64,000 bases of DNA from Dehalococcoidia bacterium (GTDB lineage: Bacteria; Chloroflexota; Dehalococcoidia; Lucifugimonadales; Australimonadaceae), in assembly GCA_965219845.1 (NCBI GenBank), contig CBDCOP010000007.1, forward strand, positions 335,640 through 399,639. The letters are read 5' to 3'. Positions 1 to 9,401 of the stretch are shown piece after piece. Numbering within the stretch: the stretch's first letter is position 1; each line of letters opens with the position of its first letter. Both the position numbers and the translations under genes were made by a program. The notes under the pieces were generated by a model. It saw only the letters and a program-made list of their open reading frames with translations. It was not told the origin of the DNA and made no database searches.

Positions 1-287
1 CAGTTTCGCATGCCTACGACGTGGGGGTCATCATGTCCGTCGACAGTGACCTGCGCCCTGCTCTTGAATTCGTAAACTCCCAACCTTCCCAGCACCAACA
101 TGTTGCAGTTGCGGCGTGGCGGAGCTCTAGTAATTCCCAGCGACTGACAGTACCTGGGGCAGCTATCCCTTGCCATTGGTTGAACAAAACCGATTACGAC
201 GCGGTCGCCGATCTGACCAACTACGTCCGATAGAGCGCGGTTACGTCTGCTACAATGTGATGCGGTTCACAGACCGGCGCAACACCC

Positions 288-800
288 ATGCAGTACACGC
301 CCGCAGAACAGCCCATCCAGCCCATCGGAACGGCCGCCGGCGCGCCCTCGTTCCTCACGAAGCAGCGCAAGCTCATCATCGTCGGCATCGTGCTGCTGGC
401 CGCGTTCGGCTACTTCGGCTTCACCGCGTTCCAGGCCGCGACGTCGTTCTACCTGACCGTCGACGAGCTCGTTGCCCAGGAGCCTGCCGCAGGTGAGTCG
501 CTCAAGGTGAAGGGCGCGCTCGTCGAGGGCAGCTTCGACCGCGCGAGCACGGAGAACACCATCGCGATGTTCCAGCTGCACGAGAACGGCGCGCAGATCG
601 ATGCGACGTACGACGGCGTGCTGCCTGACCTCTTCTTCAATCCACACTCGGAGATCGTGCTCGAGGGCACCTACGAACCGGGCGGGGTGTTCATGACTGA
701 CCGCGTCTTCGTGAAGTGCGCCTCCAAGTACCAGTCGCTCGAAGGCGAGCAACCGTACGACTACGAGAACCCGTACGCCACGGTTTCCGACCCCGCCTGA
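288..800 (+). CDS. ccmE: Cytochrome c biogenesis heme chaperone CcmE, Cys-type (CxxxY) variant
   Basis: 170-aa ORF. N-terminal membrane anchor (KLIIVGIVLLAAFGYFGF) followed by a CcmE-like body (LKVKGALVEGSF...IVLEGTY). The C-terminal VKCASKY sits where canonical CcmE has HxxxY. Confidence 0.8.
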   Translation: MQYTPAEQPIQPIGTAAGAPSFLTKQRKLIIVGIVLLAAFGYFGFTAFQAATSFYLTVDELVAQEPAAGESLKVKGALVEGSFDRASTENTIAMFQLHENGAQIDATYDGVLPDLFFNPHSEIVLEGTYEPGGVFMTDRVFVKCASKYQSLEGEQPYDYENPYATVSDPA

Positions 801-1279
801 TGACCCAGCAACCGCTCATTCGTCCCCCCCAGCAGTTCCGGCACGGCGCCCGCCGACAAGCCGACGCGCAGTGGCTCGCGTACGTCGCCGGCACCGGCGA
901 CGTGGGCGACGGCCCGGCGCTGGCACGGTCTGAGCTGCTGCTGCGCGGCGTCGCCGAGTTCAACGAGGGGCGCTTCCGCGACAGCCACGAGACGTGGGAG
1001 GAGTTGTGGAAGGACACGCCGTACCCTGAGCGGCTCTTCCTGCTGGCGCTCACGAAGCTCGGCGCGGGTTTCGCGCACGCGCTCCGTCGAAACGACAAGG
1101 GGATGCGCAGCCAGCTGACGGAGGCGGTGCGCATCCTGCGCGCGTTCGCTCCGGGTTACGCAGGCGTGGACACGCAGCGGCTGATAGCCGACGTGAACAC
1201 CAGGCTCGCTCCCGGCGACGGGCACTTCGGCCCGCCGTTCCCCGTCATAGCCAGGACGCACCTCCGTGCCCAGGGGTAA
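800..1279 (+). CDS. DUF309 domain protein
   Basis: FNEGRFRDSHETWEELW matches the DUF309 signature. The ATG at 800 overlaps the ccmE stop (TGATG). The longer 716 start would overlap ccmE by 85 nt. Confidence 0.6.
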   Translation: MTQQPLIRPPQQFRHGARRQADAQWLAYVAGTGDVGDGPALARSELLLRGVAEFNEGRFRDSHETWEELWKDTPYPERLFLLALTKLGAGFAHALRRNDKGMRSQLTEAVRILRAFAPGYAGVDTQRLIADVNTRLAPGDGHFGPPFPVIARTHLRAQG

Positions 1280-1284
1280 GCGAA

Positions 1285-1314
1285 CGCCCCGCCTCTCTTT
1301 CGAAAGGCGGGGCG
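1285..1314. terminator. Hairpin between convergent genes (possible bidirectional terminator)
   Basis: CGCCCCGCC (1285-1293) pairs with GGCGGGGCG (1306-1314). The loop contains the palindrome TTTCGAAA. It lies between the DUF309 stop and the stop of the minus-strand Zn-ribbon gene. Confidence 0.4.
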
Positions 1315-1355
1315 CCGGGTCCGCCAGGTGCCGCGAGAAGAGCAGTCGCTTCGTC

Positions 1356-1544
1356 TTACGCTGCCGCCCTAGCCGCCACTTTTGCCGCCCTGAGAGCGCG
1401 CCCTTCCGCCTCGGCCCTGGCGATTCGTCCGTCCGGCAGATCGATCATGTGGCCGCACTGGATGCACTCCAGGTACGGGCCGTAGATGTCGGCTGCGTCG
1501 TACAGGTCTCCGTTACACCGCTTGCAGGCTTTGAAGAGTATCAT
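1356..1544 (-). CDS. Small zinc-ribbon protein, hypothetical
   Basis: 62 aa from the internal ATG at 1544, preceded by GGAAGGAGGA. Two CxxC pairs (CKRC...CIQC). No family recognised. Confidence 0.45.
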   Translation of the reverse strand: MILFKACKRCNGDLYDAADIYGPYLECIQCGHMIDLPDGRIARAEAEGRALRAAKVAARAAA

Positions 1545-1652
1545 CGGTGTCCTCCTTCCCCACTCACCTTCATAGAGAACTACGCTGGCGGGGCGGGTCC
1601 GGTTCTCTGCGTTTTTCGGCGTGCCCTGCCGCAACTGGCGGCATGGTAAGAG

Positions 1653-1681
1653 TTGACATGAGTCGTGTCAATCCATATCAT
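1653..1681 (+). promoter_or_regulatory. Putative hspR-grpE-dnaK promoter overlapping a HAIR-like inverted repeat
   Basis: TTGACA (1653-1658), 17 nt, TATCAT (1676-1681). The -35 hexamer is the left arm of a perfect inverted repeat, TTGACA-N7-TGTCAA (1653-1671). This is the same geometry as HspR operators (7-nt spacer). Confidence 0.45.
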
Positions 1682-1780
1682 ACGGATTGTCGACAGAGAG
1701 GTGGAAACGAGTACCCTCATCCCCGCGTGCACTAACACGCGCTCCCTCTTCCCTCGTAGGAAGAGGGGACAGTCGAGGCA

Positions 1781-2296
1781 GTGAATATGCAGCAGCGACG
1801 CAGACCGATCGCAACCGACCAGGTCCCGCCGTTCTTCCGAGTGCCCGGCCCGCCGCGCCGCGCCGCACCGCCTCCGCGTCGGCCGCAGCCTCCGGCGGCA
1901 GAGCCTCGGGGCGCGCCCGTCCCGGAGGAAGGGCTGTACATCATCAGCGTGGCGGCGCGCATCCTGCGCATGCACCCGCAGACGCTCCGCAAGTACGAGC
2001 GCGTGGGGCTCGTGCGGCCGTCGCGCACGGTAGGGATGCTGCGCCTCTACTCGGAGCAGGACATCGCGAAACTGCGCATGATCAAGCACCTCGTGGACGA
2101 GATGCGGCTGAACCTCGCGGGAGTCGAGATGGCGATGGCCGTCTTCGACCGCCTGTCCACGGCGATGGAGGCGTCGCAAGCCCCGGTAGCGCGGCCTGCG
2201 CGCGCAGTTATGCCGTTCGAGCAGGCGATGCAGGACATCATGGAACTGTTCCTCGGCACGGGCAGACAGACTCCCCGCAAACCAGGAGAGCGATAA
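1781..2296 (+). CDS. hspR: MerR-family heat-shock repressor HspR
   Basis: MerR-type HTH (YIISVAARILRMHPQTLRKYERVGLVRPSRT...RLYSEQDIAKLRMIK). Immediately upstream of grpE-dnaK. Pro/Arg-rich N-terminal extension, so the start is uncertain. Confidence 0.8.
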   Translation: MNMQQRRRPIATDQVPPFFRVPGPPRRAAPPPRRPQPPAAEPRGAPVPEEGLYIISVAARILRMHPQTLRKYERVGLVRPSRTVGMLRLYSEQDIAKLRMIKHLVDEMRLNLAGVEMAMAVFDRLSTAMEASQAPVARPARAVMPFEQAMQDIMELFLGTGRQTPRKPGER

Positions 2297-2302
2297 GGCC
2301 CC

Positions 2303-2872
2303 ATGGTCACGAACGAAGAACACGAACAGGCCGAAGCTGGCCAGCCGGAGGCCGACGACGAGCGGGCCCCGGAAGACCCCATCGCGCTGCTGGAGCACGA
2401 GCGCGATGAGATGAAGGCGATCGCCCAGCGCGCGCAGGCCGACCTGGTCAACTACAGGCGCAGGGCGGAGGAGGAGCGCTTTGCGCTTGCCCGCAGCGCG
2501 TCGAACGGCATTGTCAGCAAGCTGCTGTCCATCGTCGACGACCTGCAGCGCGCCGTTGACGCGCTTCCCGACGACGCGCCGGAGAGCTGGAGCAACGGGC
2601 TGCGGCTCGTCTCCCAGAACATGCACGCGCTGCTGGAGTCGGAGGGGGTGACCCGGTTCGAGCCGGGGCCAGGCGACCCGTTCGACCCCATCGAGCAGGA
2701 GGCGCTCGCCTCCCAGCCGAGCGCCGAGCACCTCTCGGGGACCATCCTCATGACCGTCAGCGCAGGCTACCGCGGCAGGGACCGCGTGCTGCGCGCCGCG
2801 CAGGTAGTCGTCTCGCAGGGCGCGGCGGGCGCGCCCGCCGTGGCGGAAGACGACAAGACAACGAACGAGTAA
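2303..2872 (+). CDS. grpE: Nucleotide exchange factor GrpE
   Basis: GrpE-like coiled-coil N-terminus and C-terminal block (FDPIEQEALASQPS...GYRGRDRVLRAAQVVV). Sits between hspR and dnaK. Confidence 0.9.
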   Translation: MVTNEEHEQAEAGQPEADDERAPEDPIALLEHERDEMKAIAQRAQADLVNYRRRAEEERFALARSASNGIVSKLLSIVDDLQRAVDALPDDAPESWSNGLRLVSQNMHALLESEGVTRFEPGPGDPFDPIEQEALASQPSAEHLSGTILMTVSAGYRGRDRVLRAAQVVVSQGAAGAPAVAEDDKTTNE

Positions 2873-2893
2873 CAACCGCAAGGAGTGACCGGA

Positions 2894-4804
2894 ATGGCGA
2901 AGGTAATAGGCATCGACCTCGGAACGACCAACTCGGCGATGGCCGTCATGGACGCGGGCGAGCCGCTCGTCCTCGAGAACACGGAGGGCGGACGCACGAC
3001 CCCGTCCGTCGTCGCCGTCAACCCGAAGAACGGCGAGCGGTACGTCGGCATGGTGGCGAAGCGGCAGGCGGTGACCAATCCCACCAACACCGTCTACTCC
3101 GTGAAGCGACTCATCGGCCGCAAGCTCAACGAGACCGAGGCGGAGCGCAAGACCCTCGGCTACGTCACCAAGCCCGGCAAGGCGGGCGACGCCGCCGTCG
3201 TCATGAACGACCGCGACTACTCGCCGCCGGAGGTCTCCGCCATGGTGCTCCAGAAGCTGAAGGCCGACGCCGAGGCGAAACTGGGCGAACCAGTGAACCA
3301 GGCCGTCATCACGGTGCCGGCCTACTTCAACGACAGCCAGCGGCAGGCGACTAAGGACGCCGGCACCATCGCGGGGCTGGAAGTGCTGCGCATCATCAAC
3401 GAGCCCACCGCGGCTGCGCTCGCCTACGGCCTCGACAAGCACCAGGACGAGGTCATCGCCGTCTACGACCTCGGCGGAGGGACGTTCGACATCTCCATCC
3501 TCCACATCGGCGACGGCGTGTTCGAGGTGAAGTCCACCAACGGCGACACGCACCTGGGCGGGGACGACTTCGACCAGCGCATCATCGACTGGCTGGCCGA
3601 CGAGTTCAAACGCGAGCAGGGCATAGACCTGCGCGGCGACCGCATGGCCCTCCAGCGCCTGAAGGAGGCCGCCGAGCGCGCGAAGATCGAGCTCTCCAGC
3701 GCGCAGCAGTCGGAGATAAACCTGCCGTTCGTCACGGCGGACGCTTCCGGCCCCAAGCACCTCGCGATGAGCCTCACCCGGTCCAGGCTGGAACAGCTGA
3801 CCGTCGACCTCATCGCCCGCACGGTCAGCCCGTGCCAGCAGGCGATCAAGGACGCGGGCGTCACCGCGGGCGACATCGCGGAGGTGGTCCTCGTGGGCGG
3901 CATGACGCGCATGCCCGCCGTCATCGACAGGGCGAAGGAGCTGTTCGGCAAGGAGCCGCACAAGGGCGTCAACCCGGACGAGGTCGTCGCCGTCGGCGCG
4001 GCCATCCAGGCCGGTGTCCTGCAGGGCGACGTCACCGACATCCTGCTGCTTGACGTGACGCCGCTCACGCTCGGCATCGAGACGCTCGGCGGCGTGGCGA
4101 CGGCGCTCATCAGGCGCAACACCACCATCCCCACGTCCACGAGCGAGATGTTCACCACCGCCGCGGACGGCCAGCCCAGCGTGGAGATCCACGTGCTGCA
4201 GGGCGAGCGCACGATGGCCGGTGAGAACAAGACCATCGGCCGCTTCAACCTGGACGGCCTCGCGCCCGCGCCGCGCGGCATCCCACAGATCGAGGTGACG
4301 TTCGACCTGGACGCCAACGGCATCCTGAACGTCTCCGCGAAGGACAAGGCCACCGGCAAGGAGCAGCGCATAACCATCACCGCCAGCTCCGGTCTCGCCA
4401 AGGACGAGGTCGAGCGGCTGGTGAAGGAGGCGGAGGCGCACGCCGAGGAGGACGCCCGCAAGCGGGAACAGATCGAGGCGCGCAACATCGCCGACACCAG
4501 CGCCTACCAGGCCGAGAAGACGCTAGGGGAATTCAGCGAGCAGATCGACGCCGAGTTGAAGAGCGAGGTCGAGGCGCGCATCGCGGACGTGCGGAGCGTG
4601 CTCGCACAGGAGGACGCGGACGCGGCGTCGCTGAACGCGGCCACCCAGGCGCTCTCCGCCGCCGTCCAGAAGATCGGCGAAGCGGTGTATGCGCGCCAGC
4701 AGTCCGAAGCCGCATCCTCCGGACCGGACGACGACGCCCCGCCGTCGGACCCCGGCTCCGGCGGCGACGACGACGCTATCGAGGGCGAGTACCGCGAGGT
4801 ATAA
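2894..4804 (+). CDS. dnaK: Molecular chaperone DnaK (Hsp70)
   Basis: Canonical Hsp70 motifs [18 protein letters not shown] and [15 protein letters not shown] lies 8 nt upstream of the ATG at 2894 (a GTG at 2885 is less likely). Confidence 0.97.
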   Translation: MAKVIGIDLGTTNSAMAVMDAGEPLVLENTEGGRTTPSVVAVNPKNGERYVGMVAKRQAVTNPTNTVYSVKRLIGRKLNETEAERKTLGYVTKPGKAGDAAVVMNDRDYSPPEVSAMVLQKLKADAEAKLGEPVNQAVITVPAYFNDSQRQATKDAGTIAGLEVLRIINEPTAAALAYGLDKHQDEVIAVYDLGGGTFDISILHIGDGVFEVKSTNGDTHLGGDDFDQRIIDWLADEFKREQGIDLRGDRMALQRLKEAAERAKIELSSAQQSEINLPFVTADASGPKHLAMSLTRSRLEQLTVDLIARTVSPCQQAIKDAGVTAGDIAEVVLVGGMTRMPAVIDRAKELFGKEPHKGVNPDEVVAVGAAIQAGVLQGDVTDILLLDVTPLTLGIETLGGVATALIRRNTTIPTSTSEMFTTAADGQPSVEIHVLQGERTMAGENKTIGRFNLDGLAPAPRGIPQIEVTFDLDANGILNVSAKDKATGKEQRITITASSGLAKDEVERLVKEAEAHAEEDARKREQIEARNIADTSAYQAEKTLGEFSEQIDAELKSEVEARIADVRSVLAQEDADAASLNAATQALSAAVQKIGEAVYARQQSEAASSGPDDDAPPSDPGSGGDDDAIEGEYREV

Positions 4805-4830
4805 GCAACCGACAGCGCACGTGCATCGCA

Positions 4831-4853
4831 AGGGGCGGCCTTCGGTCGCCCCT
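4831..4853 (+). terminator. Hairpin downstream of dnaK (weak terminator candidate)
   Basis: AGGGGCGGC / GTCGCCCCT stem (9 bp including one G-T) with a short loop. Only a TT tail follows. Confidence 0.35.
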
Positions 4854-5025
4854 TCTCGACTCCTCCTTTACCCCAGGGCCGGCCCCGCCGATTACCCTGT
4901 CAGTAGTCATCCGGCGACCACGAAGCGGATTCAAGAGGCCCAAGGCTGCAAGCGGGACAGCTATCATGAACGCGTCATCCCTGTGATACTGGACTGAATA
5001 CGTCTCGTCGAAGTAAGAGCATCAG

Positions 5026-8000
5026 ATGCGGCATCTCATGCGGAATCCGGCCCCGGTAATTGCGGCGCTTGCGGCCGTGGGATTTGCATTGCTCCTGCTG
5101 CTGCCCGTGTCCGGTCAGACCTACGACCGCACCTATGGGCAAACCAGCAGTGGGGGAGGATTGGCCGTCGGCGTATTCGCGAGCATCTCGGACGCGCAGA
5201 TCGCCAAGAACGCGGGCCCCAATTCATACGGGGCCTACGTTCCCGTCCACCCCGTGCCTACGACGCCAACCCTTGGGACCACGCGCACGGAGCTCACCAC
5301 GGGCGACTCCGCGTACCTGGGTAACCCGTTGGTACAGCCTCAGTACACCTACTTCGGCACCACGCTCTACGTCTCCAACGATCCCGCCGCCTTCAACACG
5401 ATACTCATCACGGTGGAATCCTCCGAGGCGACGGCGAACGCCGATGGCTGCGCCGAGGCTACGGTGCGCAGTGGACGCGGCTCCATCACGGTGCAGATGC
5501 CGGTAACTGCCGACACGGGAGGGCAGACGTACTACCAGGCCTTCGTCCGTATCCTGGACCCGCGCGCGGAACTGCCGGCGGGAACACCGGACTACGAGTC
5601 GAGCAACGGCCCGGCGTGCGTGAGGGACGACACTAACACCATGGACGTTCCCCCCAACTACCGGGATGGCATCGCGCAGGCGGCCCTGCCCTCTCTCCTC
5701 GCGCGGCACGGCGAGAGCGTCACCGTCAGCGTGCAGGGCGCTGGGCAGGTGTCGGTCAGGATCGACGGCGAGGGGCCGGAGCTGCGCGACATCAAGCCGG
5801 AGCATGAAAGCGCTTCCCGCACCAGCCGCGTCGACTTCTCGTTCGAGGTACGTGACGACGACTCCGGCCTCCGGCACGACGGCGAGCTCGTGGTTTCCGA
5901 TGACGGCGACCTCAAGCAGGTCAATGGGGACCGCGACCACAACACCACCGGCGAGCCGCTTACCGTCCGTTCCAGCGGGCAGATCAACGTTAACGGGCGT
6001 ACGCAGGACATCGCGGTCAGGGTGGGGCGCTCCGTCAGCACCTCCTCCGGACCGGACATCACGGACAGGGGGCGCTGGACGCTCGTCGGAAACCGCCCCG
6101 GCGTCGCCTACGCATTCTCCGCGCCCGGCAACAACATGGACGAAGGCAAGTACCGGATGCGGATCGCGGCCCGCGACCGCACCGGCAACGAGACCGTGTC
6201 CTACGCATCGTTCGACGACAACGATGTGGGGCAGCCGTACACGTTCACGCTGGACGACACGGAGCCGACTGTCGTCCAGGTGTGGGCGGGTGTCGGGTAC
6301 GACACGCGCGAGGAGAAGGAGGTCCCTGACCGCTCGTACATCATGGTGGACTTCGGCGAGCCGTTGCGGCCGGGTGCCGACCCGGAGAAATTTACGGTAT
6401 CAGGGCACCGCGTGGTGCGCATCGTCCATCCGGGCCGCGCGTCCGAGGACGACGACCCCAGGGACATCAACGGCGACCGGATATATGACCCACGCAGCCG
6501 CATCTACCTGGAACTCGCGCGCGAGCTGGAGTCCGACGAGACGCCGGACCTGCTGCTGTTCGGCGGGATCGTCTACGACCTGGCGGGCAACCCCAACGAT
6601 TCCATCGACGTTACCACGGTGCAGGACAATGTCGCGCCGCGCTTCTCGGTGGGAATCGCGGCGCTCTCGGAGGACTCGACCCTCACCGCGGGCCCTGCCC
6701 CCGCTACGAGGGAGGAAGATGACCCGCGGCCGGTGGTGAACGGGCGCGGTGAGTTCGTGGTGGACGTGCGGTCGGACGAGGAACTGCGGCGCAGGCCGAC
6801 AGTCTACTTCGTGGGGATCGAGACAGAGGAGGGGCAGGACAGCCGCGGACGGGACACCGGTGAATACGTTTACTCGATACGGCTCCTGGAGACGGGCAGC
6901 TCGCTCACGGAGCAGGAGGACCCGCTCCACTGGCGCAGGGCGTACAAGGCGTCCGGCCTGACCGGTCTGGGAGAGATGATCGGCGTGATCGTGTACGCGG
7001 TCGACGAGGAGCGCAATGCCGTCGCGAGCCCCGGCTGGTCCCCGGAAACATTGCAGGGCGGGCCGCCGAGCGTGGACGACCCCCTGGATCTGGCAGCGAT
7101 GCACAAGGCCGGGTTGCTGGTGGAGCTGGACCGCGAGTTCAACGACGGCGCGAAGCCGGAGTTGCGCGTGACACCGCGCCGTGGACAGCAGGACAACGAG
7201 ACGGAGAGCGCCCGCCCGTTGGTGAGCATCCTGTTCGCGGACGAGGGAGAGGAGTACGCGGCCTGTCCGGTCGGTGACTGCGGCGACGACAACCCGGACG
7301 CGGAGTTCTCCGACTCGCACGGGATGGTGCGCATCACGGAGGTCACGCTGAACGGCAGCGACGCGTCGGACCGGCTGAGCAGGGTGGACGACGCGCAGTT
7401 CGCGCTCGTGGCGGGGAACCTGTCGCAGGGACGCCACGAGGTCGCCTACACAGCCGTCGACGAGGCAGGCAACGAGGTTGAGGGCGAGTTCGCCTTCACG
7501 GTACTGGCGCGCGGCGCCTACGAGGTAGCGTTATCGCCGGGCTGGAACCTGATCTCGCTGCCGGGGACCCCAGCGGACCCATCGCTGAGCGCCGTCATTC
7601 CGCCCCGCGGGGGCGTTTCCGTGGTGATGGCGTACCAGGACGGCAACTGGCTGACGGCCACCGTGGACCAGGGCGGCTCCTGGCGCGGCAGCCTGAACCG
7701 GATCGAGGCGGGCTATGGGTACTGGGTGTTCGCGACGTCGTTCGCCACCCTCGCTCCGCTGATCCCTGAGACCGACCCGACGTCGGTGCCACTCACGATC
7801 CGAGTGAACCACGGGTGGAACCTCGTGGGCGTCGTAGACCTGTTCCAGAACGAGTCAGGCAAGGCGCCGGGGGCGGAAGGCGGCGGCAACGGCGAGGCCG
7901 ACAACTACTTCGGCAGCCTCGACTGGCGCGTCGCCTACACCTTCAACCCGCAGTACAGCCGCTGGGTGCGCATCGCTCCGGAGGACGACAAAGACGACGC

Positions 8001-8088
8001 TGACACGGACGACGACGAACCGCCGGAGATCGTGAACGGCAGTGGCTACTGGGTGTGGTCCGCGGAACCGGGCACGCTCGTGCCGTAG
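5026..8088 (+). CDS. Large secreted surface protein, family unnamed (paralog of 58696..62367)
   Basis: 1020 aa with a signal-peptide-like N-terminus (PVIAALAAVGFALLLLLPVSGQ), Asp/Thr-rich. Blocks shared with the other paralog: TLYVSN..AFNT, LLARHG, FEVRDDDSGLRHDG (nt 5842-5883), LDDTEPTVV, and a C-terminal GWNLISLP...GYGYW...GWNLVG...WRVAYT...NGSGYWVW. Confidence 0.75.
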   Translation: MRHLMRNPAPVIAALAAVGFALLLLLPVSGQTYDRTYGQTSSGGGLAVGVFASISDAQIAKNAGPNSYGAYVPVHPVPTTPTLGTTRTELTTGDSAYLGNPLVQPQYTYFGTTLYVSNDPAAFNTILITVESSEATANADGCAEATVRSGRGSITVQMPVTADTGGQTYYQAFVRILDPRAELPAGTPDYESSNGPACVRDDTNTMDVPPNYRDGIAQAALPSLLARHGESVTVSVQGAGQVSVRIDGEGPELRDIKPEHESASRTSRVDFSFEVRDDDSGLRHDGELVVSDDGDLKQVNGDRDHNTTGEPLTVRSSGQINVNGRTQDIAVRVGRSVSTSSGPDITDRGRWTLVGNRPGVAYAFSAPGNNMDEGKYRMRIAARDRTGNETVSYASFDDNDVGQPYTFTLDDTEPTVVQVWAGVGYDTREEKEVPDRSYIMVDFGEPLRPGADPEKFTVSGHRVVRIVHPGRASEDDDPRDINGDRIYDPRSRIYLELARELESDETPDLLLFGGIVYDLAGNPNDSIDVTTVQDNVAPRFSVGIAALSEDSTLTAGPAPATREEDDPRPVVNGRGEFVVDVRSDEELRRRPTVYFVGIETEEGQDSRGRDTGEYVYSIRLLETGSSLTEQEDPLHWRRAYKASGLTGLGEMIGVIVYAVDEERNAVASPGWSPETLQGGPPSVDDPLDLAAMHKAGLLVELDREFNDGAKPELRVTPRRGQQDNETESARPLVSILFADEGEEYAACPVGDCGDDNPDAEFSDSHGMVRITEVTLNGSDASDRLSRVDDAQFALVAGNLSQGRHEVAYTAVDEAGNEVEGEFAFTVLARGAYEVALSPGWNLISLPGTPADPSLSAVIPPRGGVSVVMAYQDGNWLTATVDQGGSWRGSLNRIEAGYGYWVFATSFATLAPLIPETDPTSVPLTIRVNHGWNLVGVVDLFQNESGKAPGAEGGGNGEADNYFGSLDWRVAYTFNPQYSRWVRIAPEDDKDDADTDDDEPPEIVNGSGYWVWSAEPGTLVP

Positions 8089-8236
8089 CCGTCGGCGTCG
8101 CAGGAGGGGTCGGCGAGAAGCAGCCACCAATGCTGTGGGCCGTAGATGGTCCGCGGCGCTGCGCCGCATCGCATTCCCTGATAGTGTTGTCAAGGTACCG
8201 GGGCGCTACAGCGCCCGCCGGGGCTGAAGCGGCTGT

Positions 8237-8875
8237 ATGAGGAGGACTGACATGGGACTTCAGGAGAGGCATGTGGTCAGGAAGCACGACGGCTTGGCGG
8301 TGGTCTTGCGGGAGGGACAACTCCTGCGGTTGACGCAGCCGGAGGGCCCGCAGGTCATCGACTTGAACGCGTTCAACCTGGACAACCCCTGGGAGCACTT
8401 GGGGTCGTCCGTGACGCGCCGCAGGGAGACGATCCATCCCAGCACGGGGAACACGCTCTGGACGCGGCAGCCGTTTGAGCGTCGGATGCTCGAGATCACC
8501 GCAGACACCGTCGAGCACCAGGCGTCACCCAGTGGCGCGGTCACGCACGACATGCTGAGCGGGCGGTGCAACGCCGTGCTCAGGGCGGAGCGCTACGGCA
8601 TCGACTCGCCGGGGTGCCAGGAGATCCTCACCAAGGCGGTGGAGGCATTCGGTCTCAACGGGAACTACGTGCACGACCCGTTCAACATCTTCATGCGCAC
8701 AGGGATCGACGAGAACGGACGGACGTTCTGGGAGGACCCTTTCGACGTGAAGGAAGGCGACTACATCGACATGCGGGCGCTGATGCCGTGCATCGTCGCA
8801 GTCTCAGCCTGTCCCGGCGCGTCGAGCGGGCCCGGTGAGCGGGCGTTGGGCCTCGAGATCTACGAGGCCGAGTAG
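8237..8875 (+). CDS. DUF1989 / urea-carboxylase-associated family protein
   Basis: 212-aa ORF with a pattern typical of DUF1989 (QVIDLNAFN...HPSTGNTLW...GDYIDMRALMPCIVAVSACP). The start could be the ATG at 8252. Confidence 0.6.
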   Translation: MRRTDMGLQERHVVRKHDGLAVVLREGQLLRLTQPEGPQVIDLNAFNLDNPWEHLGSSVTRRRETIHPSTGNTLWTRQPFERRMLEITADTVEHQASPSGAVTHDMLSGRCNAVLRAERYGIDSPGCQEILTKAVEAFGLNGNYVHDPFNIFMRTGIDENGRTFWEDPFDVKEGDYIDMRALMPCIVAVSACPGASSGPGERALGLEIYEAE

Positions 8876-8896
8876 GCGCGGCTCTGCGAGCCTGCC

Positions 8897-9280
8897 TCAG
8901 TTACAACCGCACCTTATGCCCGCGGCAATGCCCGCCTCCGACAGATGTGTGGGATGGCCATCCCGCTTCCACCAGTCCAGCCCGCCGATGAGTTCGCGCA
9001 CCTGGAACCCCAGCGTCAGGAGCTTCATGGCAGTCTTCGTGGATGCATTGCACCCGATGCCGTCGCAGTAGCAGACGTACAGTTTCGACCTGTCCAACGA
9101 GTCGGTCGTTTCGGCGCTGATCTCCCTGTGCGGGAGGCTGATCGCGTCCGGGATGTGCTCCTGAGCATAGGCAGCCGCGGCGCGTCCGTCGATCACGACG
9201 ACAGGTTCGCCCTCTTCGATGGCCTCGCACAGGTCCGCCGAGTCCATCTCATAGGCCAGCTTGCTCTGGTAGTAGTTCAT
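8897..9280 (-). CDS. Rhodanese-like sulfurtransferase domain protein
   Basis: Rhodanese pattern: VVVIDGRAAAAYAQEHIPDAISLP plus active-site loop CYCDGIGCNAS. Start taken at MNYYQ (ATG 9280). Confidence 0.75.
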   Translation of the reverse strand: MNYYQSKLAYEMDSADLCEAIEEGEPVVVIDGRAAAAYAQEHIPDAISLPHREISAETTDSLDRSKLYVCYCDGIGCNASTKTAMKLLTLGFQVRELIGGLDWWKRDGHPTHLSEAGIAAGIRCGCN

Positions 9281-9401
9281 CTGATCGGTGCTCACGAAGC
9301 TTCTCCTGTGACGTTCACGCGGATGCCGATTGGAGCATTGTGCCCTGTGCAACCGGCGATGCCAACATTTTACATGGACGCGGGAGCGGAACAGGCGCGG
9401 C

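Noticed and set aside
1-287. 70-aa and 108-aa ORFs at the left edge (21..233, 170..496).
   Set aside because: No recognisable family, no RBS, one overlaps ccmE, and the region is probably intergenic or the truncated end of an upstream gene.
716-1279. Long version of the DUF309 ORF starting at 716.
   Set aside because: It would overlap ccmE by 85 nt with an Arg-rich, implausible N-terminus. The ATG at 800 overlaps the ccmE stop in a typical coupling arrangement.
1580-4441. 953-aa ORF antisense to grpE-dnaK. Similar long antisense or out-of-frame ORFs occur at 44089..45882, 46218..48335, 21491..23176, 60733..62805, 11029..12243, 12620..13897 and 24112..25128.
   Set aside because: They overlap strongly supported genes on the other strand, have Arg/Ala/Gly/Pro-rich low-information translations typical of stop-codon-poor high-GC DNA, and match no family.
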